Source of the DNA: Haliotis rufescens
Taxonomy: Eukaryota
Assembly (NCBI RefSeq): GCF_023055435.1
Contig: NW_025964223.1
Span: 26,474,001-26,538,000, forward strand
Direction: 5' to 3'
Length of the DNA stretch: 64,000 nt
Every line of letters begins with the position of its first letter. Within the stretch, counting starts at the first letter, position 1. The notes below the pieces were generated by a model, which was given only the letters and a program-made list of their open reading frames with translations, was not told where the DNA came from and made no database searches. Position numbers and translations under genes: made by a program. This document shows, one piece after another, positions 1-10,849 of this stretch.

Positions 1-630
1 CACATTCATGAAATACTAAACATCCCAAAAAGGGTTTGGGATATAGAATAGAAAGTGTCTGAATATGCAAGTTGTATGTGAATGACATTGTTTAAAAGGA
101 GCCTAATAAATACCCCAACTTTTCACGACAACTACAAGCTTAGGCTATGATGAACCTGGACCTGACACTAGTAACACATGTTCCTTGGTTGAGAAAGTCA
201 GTCAGTCAGTGTTATGGGTTGACGACAGAGTATCAAGAAATGTCTGGCTGCTTATACACATGTGTACACATTATGATGTCTGTATTCGCACTAAGTAATG
301 CTTGCTGCTCTCAAGGTATGTGCCAGAGCATGGAGGTGCTGGAAACATCAAACTACACTAGTTACAGTATGTTGTAGAAATCACTACTGTGCTAAAATGT
401 TGATGTGTGGTTCATGAACATTTTACTATTAGAGTTCTTTTATGCCTTGAAAACACTTAATCAGCTAAATACATTCATTCTTAATGGAATTCAAATCTAG
501 ACGTTGCAGAGTTTCCAATACATACTTGCATCTGGCACTTACTTCCCTCTCGCTGTGTGATGTGTGCGAGTGTGTAGCATGTGTTGTTGTTGACATCATC
601 GTTTAATTCCCATGCATCTCGTACTACCAG

Positions 631-717
631 TGCTAGGTCACCGACGATCGGGGTCACATGGCACCCCTGCCAACTTCGCCACAGCTGGCATCACCTTTAA
701 TCAGACAAACCAAGCAG
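631..717 (+). CDS. MAP3K7: MAP3K7/TAK1 internal exon, probable cassette exon (phase 1-1; LGHRRSGSHGTPANFATAGITFNQTNQA); alternative in-frame acceptor gives 637-717
   Basis: ctaccAG acceptor at 629-630 (second AG at 635-636) and CAG|gtgagg donor at 718. Open in phase 1 and joins 3779 in frame. GHRRSGSHG resembles GHRKTASFG of vertebrate TAK1 exon 12. Confidence 0.7.
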
Positions 718-1911
718 GTGAGGATACTGAAGCATTGATTGTCATGGTAGCAGGCTTGTCCAACAACATCTACGCTAGGAGATGATAGCACTCAAACCCC
801 CTCATACTGCAACACAGTGTTATTTATGCCCCTGTCCTGTGCCTTGTCAGACTACCTGCTCAGATCCCTTGAGAGTTCACAGCCCAAGCTGTTGGTTAGA
901 CCCCTCAAGCTTTGCGTCACCAGTCTTCTGGGAGTCTGGTTACGAGGTGAACTTTTTCCATCAGCGGATATTAGGTTGACCTTGAAACCTTTATTGAGAT
1001 AAATCACAGAGATGTTTCAGGACTGATTGTGCCATCAGTCACAACAAGGGCCTGGTGTATTTGTCCTACCTCAGTAGCCTAATAAACAAGTTGCTCGAGT
1101 AATTTTGACGAAACAACTTTAGGAGGTGAAAGGTTTCTCCAGTCCCATTAAATTTGATACAACAGATGTAAGATAATGGGGAACCTTTGACGGGTTGAAC
1201 ATTTGATTTTCCTTTTATGTACCTGTGTAAGGAAACACTGTTATGCTCTTATTTGGCATGCCACTTCTGTCAGTATACAGGCACTAACTATTCCTACTAA
1301 TACAGTCAGTAGAACACTGCCTACAAAGTAGTTCCTCAGTCCCTGTCAACCCACAGTCCTGACAGTGTTTTCAGTGCACAGTCTTGTTATTACCCTAAGT
1401 ATCTGTGTCCCTTTTGTTTATGCATGTGTTTGGCATGACGTTGCTGATATGTTATGATTGTGTTGGTCCTAGCGTACTGTATTTACTGTAGACTCAAACC
1501 ATCCAGTCATACAATTACAGAGATTCAAGCTGAACTTATATTAGTTTTGGGATCGTAATTTCCTCTCAAACTTCAGACACTTGTACTCATTTCAGAATGT
1601 GAAGGTTTAATTTTCGAAACTTTAGTGAAATTGTTAAAAATGAATGAAAAGTCTTTAGATAAGCCATAGCCTAAATTACAGCAGGTAAATATTAAAACAA
1701 ACAAGAGGATAATGCTGTATATATTCGTATGCTTTGTCACGTAAGTTTCAAAAGAATCCAGATTGCAATGGTTAAAACATACACGCAAAATATTTTAACA
1801 GTTTGTGAAATTAGGAGGTAAGCATTTGAACATGTTGAAGTAAGATTGTAGGAGAACTGTGATTTAATGTGTGTGATTTCCTCCTCTCTCTCCATGCTGC
1901 TGGGACTATAG

Positions 1912-1989
1912 CACTGGGAAGGTTTGGCTCATTTGATGCTCTCCTTCCTCCAGCTCGGCCACCAAAACCTAGTTTCTTGCTCTCTCAAG
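1912..1989 (+). CDS. Candidate alternative TAK1 exon (ALGRFGSFDALLPPARPPKPSFLLSQ)
   Basis: Pyrimidine tract then tAG, with AAG|gtatca donor; 78 nt, open and phase 1-1 compatible with neighbouring exons. No homology support. Confidence 0.4.
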
Positions 1990-3047
1990 GTATCAGTTGG
2001 TGCTGGCAATTTTTTATACTTCACTTTTGTCTCCTTTTTCATCACATTTTTTTTCAATGGATATATTAACATAAAGTTTAAATTGTAAACCATCTTGTTC
2101 AGTGATGATTATGACACACCTAGATTATGTAGTGCCGTGAAGGGGGGGTGGGGAGAGTACAGGTGATAGTTTCTATATGTCAAGTTATCATTGCAGGGGT
2201 GCAGGGGTAGCCTCACTGTTAAAGTCACACCTAAAACTTGGTGTCTCTCTGCAATGGTGCTGGAATATTTCTAAAAAGCATCATAAAATATTCTCACCAC
2301 AAATTAATTATGGGAAAGAAAGAGATTTGAATTTTCCACAGGGAAAATATATAGAATACGAAAAGTATGTGTTTACGGTCATCATTTTTGCATATTATGA
2401 AACAATTCATCACATAGTGTGAATGCTTGGTGGGGTATCATGCTTTGGACATACAGGACACTTTCAGCTGCATGCAATGTGGGCACGTCTTGCACTTCTC
2501 ACTCCTCAGTCTGTACCAAGGAGAAATTGACTTCTTGTTTTATCATTGGTGAATATTATTACGATATGTATCCATAATCATTTTCAAATCATATATTTTC
2601 AGTTTTGTTTATCATTCACTTGCGTTGCACACTTTTCCCTCCAGTTATGTACCTCAGCCAATCAGGTCCTCCAACATGGAGCTTGATGGACGTTCATGCT
2701 TAATCCTGTTCATTATATTGGTAATTGTTACTTGAATAACTTGAAAGTGTTTCGAACATAATGTCATAAATGGAATCCAATCGGTAAATATATTTTATGT
2801 AACTTTCAAATATCAGAGCTTACACTAAAGTTACTTGGGATGGAATATTCATCTCTTGTGAGATCCTGCACTGAAACAGTTTTTAATAGTTCCTAATGTA
2901 TAAGCAGTAAGTGTGGGTCTGTTAGATGTTAGGATGTTAGGACAGAATGTGAAAAGGAGCTGCTGGTTACAGAAGCTTAATGCTTGTGCTGTTATGGTGT
3001 ATGAAGTAGACATAAAAGTGTTAATCTCTCATACACTCTTGCTGAAG

Positions 3048-3308
3048 TGGTGGCATGAATGGCTTCTAAGGGGTCACAATTTGCTGTGCAGAGTTGCGTC
3101 CCTTGGGCACTCAAGAAGCCAATTTGGGTTCGAATCCCGATTCGCCACGATTTTTTCTAGGTTTGTCAGCACCATACCTATGCTCATGGGTTTCACCAAA
3201 GTGGTAAATTTCTGAGACCTGCATCACTTCAGGCTTTCCTCTCACATTAAGCTGACATGCCATGATATAACTGGAATACTGTTCAAAGTGGCGTTAAATC
3301 CAACTCAC
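3048..3308 (+). mobile_element. SINE family A, diverged head, with 15-bp TSD
   Basis: Body matches 49696/53800. acactcttg(c/t)tgaag at 3033-3047 and 3309-3323. Confidence 0.88.
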
Positions 3309-3778
3309 ACACTCTTGTTGAAGCCTCAGTAAACACCTTTCCATAAGCATAAAATCATGAGACAGATTGTCAGTTTGTGAAACTTTGCTCCAAGTCAAAA
3401 TAATTCAGTGATGCAACTGATAAATTATAATATTTCCAATGAAGCTGCAAGATTATAACATACTAAAGCTATTTATTTGCATGGCCCAAAGTGCAGAGTT
3501 TTATGTTGTATTGTGGTTGTCACAGGAGTGGCAGCTGTCATCACATGATTGGCATTTTCTGAACATAATTTCTCATTGTCTGTCTTCATCGGTCTACTGC
3601 ATGCTAGGCTGTATAACAACTTCACATGACAAATTTTTGCCTGCATGGATTGTAATAGTTATAGATCCTTGTGTCAGTTGACACCTTTCCCTTCCACGCT
3701 TACAAGTAACATTTCAAGTCCCTTCTCAACACTGAACATGATCCTTGATTATAATGAAACCCCCCACCTTCCACCCAG

Positions 3779-4030
3779 GCCGAGGACACCGAAGAATAGG
3801 ATCGGACGAGTACACACACATCACGGGGACATCCAGTGCATCCTCCACTCCCCGCACAGCCAGCCCCGCCCGTATGCCGGCCACAGGGGTGACCCACTGC
3901 AGCACCTACCCCGGCCAACTGAACCAGGTGGGGCAGAGCATGTCCCCACCCACACGCTCCATCTCACACCAGCCCCCGCAGAGCTCGTCATGGACGGCGT
4001 CAGAAACACCAGGGCAGATGCCTACATCAG
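3779..4030 (+). CDS. MAP3K7: MAP3K7/TAK1 exon, Ser/Thr/Pro-rich linker (RGHRRIGSDEYTHITGTSSASSTPRTASPARM...SSSWTASETPGQMPTS)
   Basis: GC-rich island with ccacccAG acceptor and CAG|gtactg donor; 252 nt, phase 1-1, in frame with 8743. Composition and W-T motif parallel the human TAK1 linker (RRRSIQD...SRSSSPSVRM...HPWTPDD). Confidence 0.8.
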
Positions 4031-6106
4031 GTACTGGAACTTTATCATGGTCATGTTTTGGTGACGGAGAGTCACAATGTTCTCCATTTTATGTGTCCTT
4101 GTCCCTCCGAGGGGTAGCTCTCTCATGTAGACTGACTCTTCCTTGATGATTGGTTGGTATTTAGAAGATGGGTCAATAATCAGAATTCACTTATTCATTT
4201 ATAACAAAAGCTGATTGGTTGTCAGTGTAACATGCAGACTATGTTCTGGAGGGGATCCAGTGGCCCAGTGGTCTAAGCTGCTCCTGAGCTGCTGGGATCA
4301 AGTGGTTGAGGGTTTGAATCTCACATTTCTGCCTCACTTGCACCACACTTGGGTCACCAAAGTAGCAGACTTCTATGATCTGTGCCACTTTGGGCGTTCC
4401 TTCTACATTAAGCTACATCAATGCAGTGATGAACTTTCTCACTCTTTAATGTCTGAAGCCAGTGATCTTCCTGCTGTATGGCAACTAGGATCTGTGCCCA
4501 CAGGCACTGGTTTATCTGCACCAGACCATTGTACCTTCCGGCCTTATAGTATAGTACTGTTACACCTCGTCTTAAATCATTAGTCAATAATGACACTTAT
4601 GACTGTAGTCATAACCTGGTATCTTTTCTAAATCCTCAGTCACAACTAAGTCCTCACTGGCATTCCCAGCACAACATTAAACACATGTACAGGACATCAC
4701 AATCAAGAAGAACATATCTACATACAATAACTAAGGATACATGATCATACATTCTACCCTTTGTCAGATGGAACAAACTGTCTGTTTACAAAGGGACATA
4801 ACTCTTGTAGCCCTTATTGCATACCACTAATAATATAGTAAACTTATAACAGTACTTTAAGTTGTAGTACTTTTCACTGTAATATTCCCACACTGAAATA
4901 GGCCAGTAAAATAATCAGGCAGAGTTCACTGTTTGAGATAGTCATAGGACATTGTGTTCTTCCTGTGTTGCCAGTACCTTCACTTGTCCATTGAGCACGA
5001 GAATACCTTTCTTCTGGAACGTGATCAGACTTACTACAAGTACAATGTTTGTTCATTTGGGATTAATTGACAAAGTTATTTATGATAGCAAATGAGCTTG
5101 TAAAGCAGTAAAAAGACTACAGAAATTTGATGATGTTCTGACATTTTCTTGTTCTTGACAAATACTGAGGTAAGTTCATTTTTAACTTTAACATTGTTGC
5201 ATCTTAAGTGCATGTTTGGGTACCTGACCACTCGCTACACCAACGTAGTTAAGGGACAAGCAGTCCCTCCTCATTTAAAGGAAAAAGGCATAATGATTTC
5301 ACCTATACAGTATTTAGGTGTGAGTGAAGGGCAAAATTGAAAAACTTTGAAACTAAAAACATTTGGAAAACCTTTTGGACAGGTGTAAGTCAGCATATGA
5401 CCCCCAACACTTTCCTGAGGCTGGTTGGAATCAGTAAAAGTCCTAGTCTGTTGGAGTTAATCCAGATATAGCAATATTTATCTCCTACTACTGCTAACTT
5501 CCTTTCCTTCAGATGTCTTGACATGTTTCATGTGTTATGACACACTGAGCAACAGCCTTGTCTGTCTCGACCTAGTGAAACGTCACAAAACATTGTGCTC
5601 TAAGATCATATAAACCGAGAATAGATAATTTGCATTGTGTATGGAATGCAAAATTGTGTTGCTTTGAATCATATAAAACTAATCCATTTGAAAAAGATGC
5701 CTGTTGCACATGACATGTCTTTTCTGGAAATAAATATTATACAATCCTAGTTCTCACTGTCCGGGGCTGACTTCCTTCACTCAAAGTTGTGTTGAAGAAT
5801 GAAACACCCTTCAATGCTGAGTGTAAGGCTTCAGAGTATGTGCAACAATATGACATTATTTAGTCCTCAGAGACCCAAGAATGAATATTTAATAATCCAT
5901 TCACTCACTTTCCACCCTCATCAGGTCCTGGAATACTCTAGGATTCCTATATAGAATTGTTTTTCTTAAACTTATACGTAACTGTATTTCGAAAACTTAA
6001 TGTTCGTCTAAACATCATTAGAGAAGTGAATTGTGCCATTTGTTGAATATTTTACGAGATACAAGGCACTCGTATTAAAACAACTATTCTCATATTACAG
6101 TAGGAG

Positions 6107-6858
6107 TTATTATCCCCTGCCATGAACTGGGGCAGAGGATATAGGAACGGAGTACATATGTCTGTCTGTCCATCTGTCCTTCCATCCATCTCTCATTTCA
6201 CTTCTCAAAGTGGACAAATTTTCTCAAAAACTATTTAAGTCATAGACATGAAATTTTACACTCTGATCTTACAGAGTTATGGCCCTTGGTCCATGTTATT
6301 TTACTTGGTGCATAGTGTGCGCAATGGGGACAAGTGTCCTCAGAAACTACTGAAGTTGCATAAATGAGAGTTTGCATGCTTATGTGAGAGATATTTGTCA
6401 AGACTGAGTTCTAAAATTGGTCACGTAAATTATGTTTTTACAGAGTTATGGTAATTTTACTTATCATGACTGAGTAAAGGAGCCTTTTGTGTGTATTACT
6501 TTCACATTGAATCATTTTTCTGATGACATAAAGCGGCCCAAGTTTTCTCTTCTTAAGGCTTTATGCGGCGGTCGGGTAGCCTTGTGGTTGAAGCATTCGC
6601 CCGTCACGCCGAAGACCCGGGTTCGATTCCCAACATTGGTACAATGTGTGAAGCCCATTTCTGGTGTTCCCCGCAGTGATATTGCTTGAATATTGCTAAA
6701 AGTAGCATAAAATCAAACTCACTCACTCACTCACTCACACTTCAGCCTATATAGGACTCTTATATATAGTCACTGTTTATATTCTCTACTATATGAACAA
6801 ACATAATTCTAATGTGCCCCGTGGCAGGGAATAGTGATAAGATAGTATTTTCTTGTTT
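6107..6858 (+). mobile_element. Non-autonomous Helentron-like (HINE/DINE-1/pearl-type) element with a nested SINE
   Basis: ttattatcccctgcc subterminal repeat with nearby inverse ggcagaggata, GTCT/GTCC microsatellite, cagagttatgg core repeats (6272, 6441), and 3' ggcagggaata followed by a short hairpin and T-run. Confidence 0.6.
6566..6738 (+). mobile_element. tRNA(Asp-like)-derived SINE family B
   Basis: gtagccttgtggttgaagcattcgcccGTCacgccgaagacccgggttcgattccc head; gatattgcttgaatattgctaaaag 3' end; (CACT)n tail. Confidence 0.9.
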
Positions 6859-7210
6859 GTCTGGTACAACTTTCATTCCACAAATTTCTCGTGCATTTTT
6901 TTTATACTTTTTATCAGCGAACATGTCTGTGAAAATCCATCGTCAGATTACAGACAGTTATAGGAAAGGTCCTTCTCATGTTAGTACTTACTGCGATAAG
7001 TCAGACTTCTGAACACAACGGTGGTTCTGCTGCAAGTTGGTATGTTATGTGTGTAAGCTTTGATTGGGAGCTCATTGAGGAAGCTTCGGGGCATGCTCAA
7101 CATTGAGAAGCATGGTAAAAGTTGCAAGAAGCTTCGAAGATGTTGAATTTTCTGAAAGCTTGGCATATACATGACAAAGTTTGGAATGATTCTGTTTACA
7201 TCATATGAGT

Positions 7211-7573
7211 TACTGTATTCACCGTAATAAGCACCCTGGGCTCAGAAAATGGAAATGGGGAGTGCTTATCAAAACAATACATGAAATAAAGTTTGTTTCA
7301 GAAATCGATCGGTAGTGAACAAGATGGGCTTCCATGGTTTAAACGTCACCAAAACTAAACTAAAATGTTTTTAGATAATAATATTGCACGGCAATTATAT
7401 ACATACCCCTTCTGCCCTGCTGTTTTCTGTAAAAAATATTTAATATACACAGGAAAATTCAGACTATCATGTAAATTTTCAGGTTTAGTTCTGGGCAATT
7501 GCTTACAGATTGGTCTAGAAGTTGGTCATGGGGAGCTTATTGGAGCAGAGTGTTTAATACAGTGAATACGGTA
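7211..7573. mobile_element. MITE with TA ends (Tc1/mariner-pogo type)
   Basis: Imperfect TIRs of about 28 bp: tactgtattcaccgtaataagcaccctg / cagagtgtttaatacagtgaatacggta. Confidence 0.85.
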
Positions 7574-7989
7574 GCTGATACTGGAATGGCTGTGACTTAA
7601 GTGACATATACACGGAGCTGTTCGGGACCATTAATGTGAATTGACTGAGGACTATGACACTGATGTGATGGCTGCTGTCCACTGTCTTGTCCTGGGCAAT
7701 CATTACACAGTGGCGTGGGAGGGGGTATGTCTGTTGAGAGAACTTGTTTGGTTATGACATTAACCTTCTGTGCATAACTCTTTCTCTCTGAGCTGCAGCC
7801 ATGAAAGTTGAACTCTGTCAGTGATTGCTAATTGCTTCTGTGTTTGTGTACTTCCAGTCACATTTTATGTATGTTTGAATGTGGAAACTTGAGTCTGTAA
7901 CATATTTTGTCATACTGTTTTACTGATAAAAATATTCAGCTAGAGTTGAGTCTCTGCAGAAATCCTTGTGTCTGTGTATTTGTGACACC

Positions 7990-8760
7990 TAACATAAACA
8001 CTTATGTTTATTTTTATTATGTATTTCCAGTATCACCTGATGTCAACATGATGTACTTCTATATTTAAAAATATATGTCATTGCTTTATTTCCTGTGGTA
8101 TCTGATGAAAAAAATGTTACACAAATGTGATTTTATTTTGTATACTCACTTAATGTCAACACAATGTACTAACATGCATTTTTATGCTGTGTTTCCAGTG
8201 TCACCTGATTTCAACATGATGTACTAACAACAAAATAAAAAGTTATTTTTTAAAGGAATTTCCAATATCACCTGATGTCAGCACAATGTACTAATATTGT
8301 TCTCGTACGTCAACATGATTTACAGACATGTATTTTTATGCCATGATTCCAGTGGCTGCTGACGTCAACATGATGTACTAACATATATTTTCATTGCTGT
8401 GGTTCCAGTGTCACCTGACGTCAACATGATGTACTAAGGTGTATTTTCATTGCTGTGTTTCCAGTATCACCTTACGTCAACAAGATGTACTAAAGTGTAT
8501 TTTCATTGCTTGTTTCCAGTATTACCTGACGTCAACACGATGTACTAATGTGTATTTTCATTGCTGTGTTTCCAGTATCACCTGACGTCAACAAGAAGTA
8601 CTTATGTGTATTTTCATCGCTGTGTTTCCAGTATCACCTGACGTCAACACGATGTACTAATGTGTATTTTCATTGCTGTGTTTCCAGTATCACCTGACGT
8701 CAACACGATGTACTAATGTGTATTTCATTGCTGTGTTTCCAGTGGCTCCTGATGTAAACA
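7990..8760 (+). repeat. 56-bp tandem repeat derived from the intron/exon junction of the TAK1 exon at 8743 (about 13 units, decaying toward the 5' end)
   Basis: Unit gtactaatgtgtattttcattgctgtgtttccAGtatcacctgacgtcaacacgat. CAG ends at 8352, 8408, 8464, 8519, 8575, 8631, 8687 and 8742 (spacing 55-56). Confidence 0.95.
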
Positions 8761-8813
8761 TCCCTGCCTCTGCTATGAACATGGTCTATCTATCTCTGGA
8801 CCACCAGTTACAG
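8743..8813 (+). CDS. MAP3K7: MAP3K7/TAK1 exon (VAPDVNIPASAMNMVYLSLDHQLQ)
   Basis: tttccAG acceptor and CAG|gtgaga donor. MVYLSLDHQLQ matches human TAK1 MAYLTLDHQLQ. Confidence 0.93.
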
Positions 8814-9965
8814 GTGAGATCAGACACCACTGGCAATCCATCAGTGGAGCGTTGGTTGAATACAACCCCCTCCGGCTTTGACCCAGACAAAATACCAGAG
8901 TTATGCCGGGTACTACTTCAATTTGATGTCTCCATGCATGTGCATGCACACCTTGCATGTGGGCTTCTGTCCTGGGTCAGTTTGGTTGGGTTTTTTGAAT
9001 GCACAAGTAAAATATTCAATTCAATAACTAATTAACTGGCAGAAAATTGCCTACTCACTTGAACAATCTGCTCCTCATTTAAAGCGTCCTTTTGAAAAGT
9101 GAAATATCTTTTGATAGCTTTCTTTATGTTGTCATAATTTGGGTGAGGAAAAACATGGGAGTCACTATCCCTGGATTCCTGTTGTACCTTGACATCCACT
9201 GAACATGGCTGAACATCACAGATTATGTTATGAAGAAAAGAAAATAGAAAAATAATAATTCTGCAGACAAAAAGAATGAAATCATATGCAAACTGGTGGT
9301 TGAGTTGGTTTGGGCAGAAACAACACATTTAAATTTTGTTTTGACAAGTTAAACGCGTTGTGTTTTAGCTAACGTTGTTCTGCCAACTTTTGTAGGAAGC
9401 CAAACATTTCTGATTTTCTGGAGTTCTTGACAAAATAGTTTTGGTTATTGAGGAATATTTTCTCCATGCATGTTATTTTTGCCTTACTTTTTACTCTATG
9501 ATTTATTTGATTGTAGTGATTATGGGGAAGGGATTTTGCAAAGCCTTGTTTCAAATTATTAGATTTCTTGTTCCATTTTTAACACATGTAGAAGTGAGAG
9601 TATGTTTGGTACATAAACGCATGGTACATCTATCATCTACCACATATGCATACAACTCTCCATGTTTGTTTGCCACACATTGTTTCTTTTATTAGAAAGA
9701 ACTTTTTTATCATTAGATCTCATTCCTTCCATGTACTTGGTCTTCCAGGTTCATTAACCATGTCAACAGTAGCATTGTTGCCATCTCTGTCTCATCATCA
9801 CTATGGCACTGCTTGCTTGTAATAAAGTCGTATTGCATGAGTAGTCAAGATGTATGATAATGAGCAACTGTTTCAAAAGTGTAGTATAAATTGTTGGATC
9901 TTAAACTCAAACTGATCTATTTCGAACTTGAGTAGTCAGACAACAAATTCCTCATGAAAATAAGA

Positions 9966-10277
9966 TTCCGTATTCGACGTAATAAGTGCCCAGGGTGCTC
10001 TCAAAATCATAAATAAGGGGACTCTCATTAGATTATTATTTTGCTGAAAAAAGAAAAGAAAATGTTTTCATACGACAGATATTTTTTCCAGAATTTATTT
10101 GCCCACATTTAAGGGTGCATATACCACATGAGTGTGTATTATACACGAATAAATAAGTCTTTTGCACATTGATCAATCGGAAGGGGTGCTAATTGGGATT
10201 GTTCAATAGCCAATATATTAGCAAATATCGCTGTGGGCGCTTATTAGAGTGGGGCGCTTATTGCGTCAAATACGGTA
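9966..10277. mobile_element. MITE with CCGTATT termini (same family as 15563)
   Basis: ccgtattcgacgtaataagtgccc / gggcgcttattgcgtcaaatacgg; internal sequence matches 15563-15883. Confidence 0.88.
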
Positions 10278-10667
10278 CACAAATTTCATCTTTATGTAAG
10301 TATTGTACAATTATTGTAAACATTAAGGGGTAATAAAGTTCTGATTGTTAATTTCTCAGAACCTTGATAGGGAGTATATTTTGACTGGGATTTGCTAATG
10401 TAGCTAAATATGGTGACTGAAGCTTCATCATAAAGCATAGCATCCTTCCATCCATGACAAGAAGGAAATGGAAATTATTTGAACAAATTTTGAATTTTCT
10501 GTGGTGTTGGTGTACTGGACCACGTCTCCCTGCTAGCAAGGCTACATGGGAAGTTTGTCCGCCCCAGTCCTTCATCGGTTGTAGACTAACATGGCAGCTG
10601 GAAGGGAATGTTACAAGCTCATACATCTGCATGTTATGCACAGTGTGATTGCCATTCATATGTTGTA

Positions 10668-10849
10668 CAGTCAACTCATGTTATCTCAGACTATGACAAC
10701 AGTTCCACCTTTCATGACCCCGCTCCCTGTGATCTCGATCACACTGTACAACAAACTCTCAGATTATCAGTCTACCCTTATTATATAGTTTTAAAAGGAT
10801 TCTAATCAGGATAATGGTATTAATTGAGAAATAGACCATGAGTTGACTG
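10668..10849. mobile_element. MITE with CAGTCAACTC termini and TA TSD (Tc1/mariner-pogo type)
   Basis: ta|cagtcaactcatg ... catgagttgactg|ta. Confidence 0.88.

Noticed and set aside
3645-4064. Overlapping alternative-frame and antisense ORFs over the GC-rich exon
   Set aside because: Expected by-product of a GC-rich coding exon; only the 3745 frame splices in phase with the downstream TAK1 exons.
6566-6635. tRNA-Asp(GTC)-like gene
   Set aside because: Acceptor stem does not close; it continues into a SINE body with a CACT tail and has diverged copies, one with a TSD.
8673-8742. In-frame N-terminal extension of the 8743 exon suggested by the ORF track
   Set aside because: It is repeat sequence; the acceptor at 8687 would need a phase-0 donor, whereas the upstream exon ends in phase 1.
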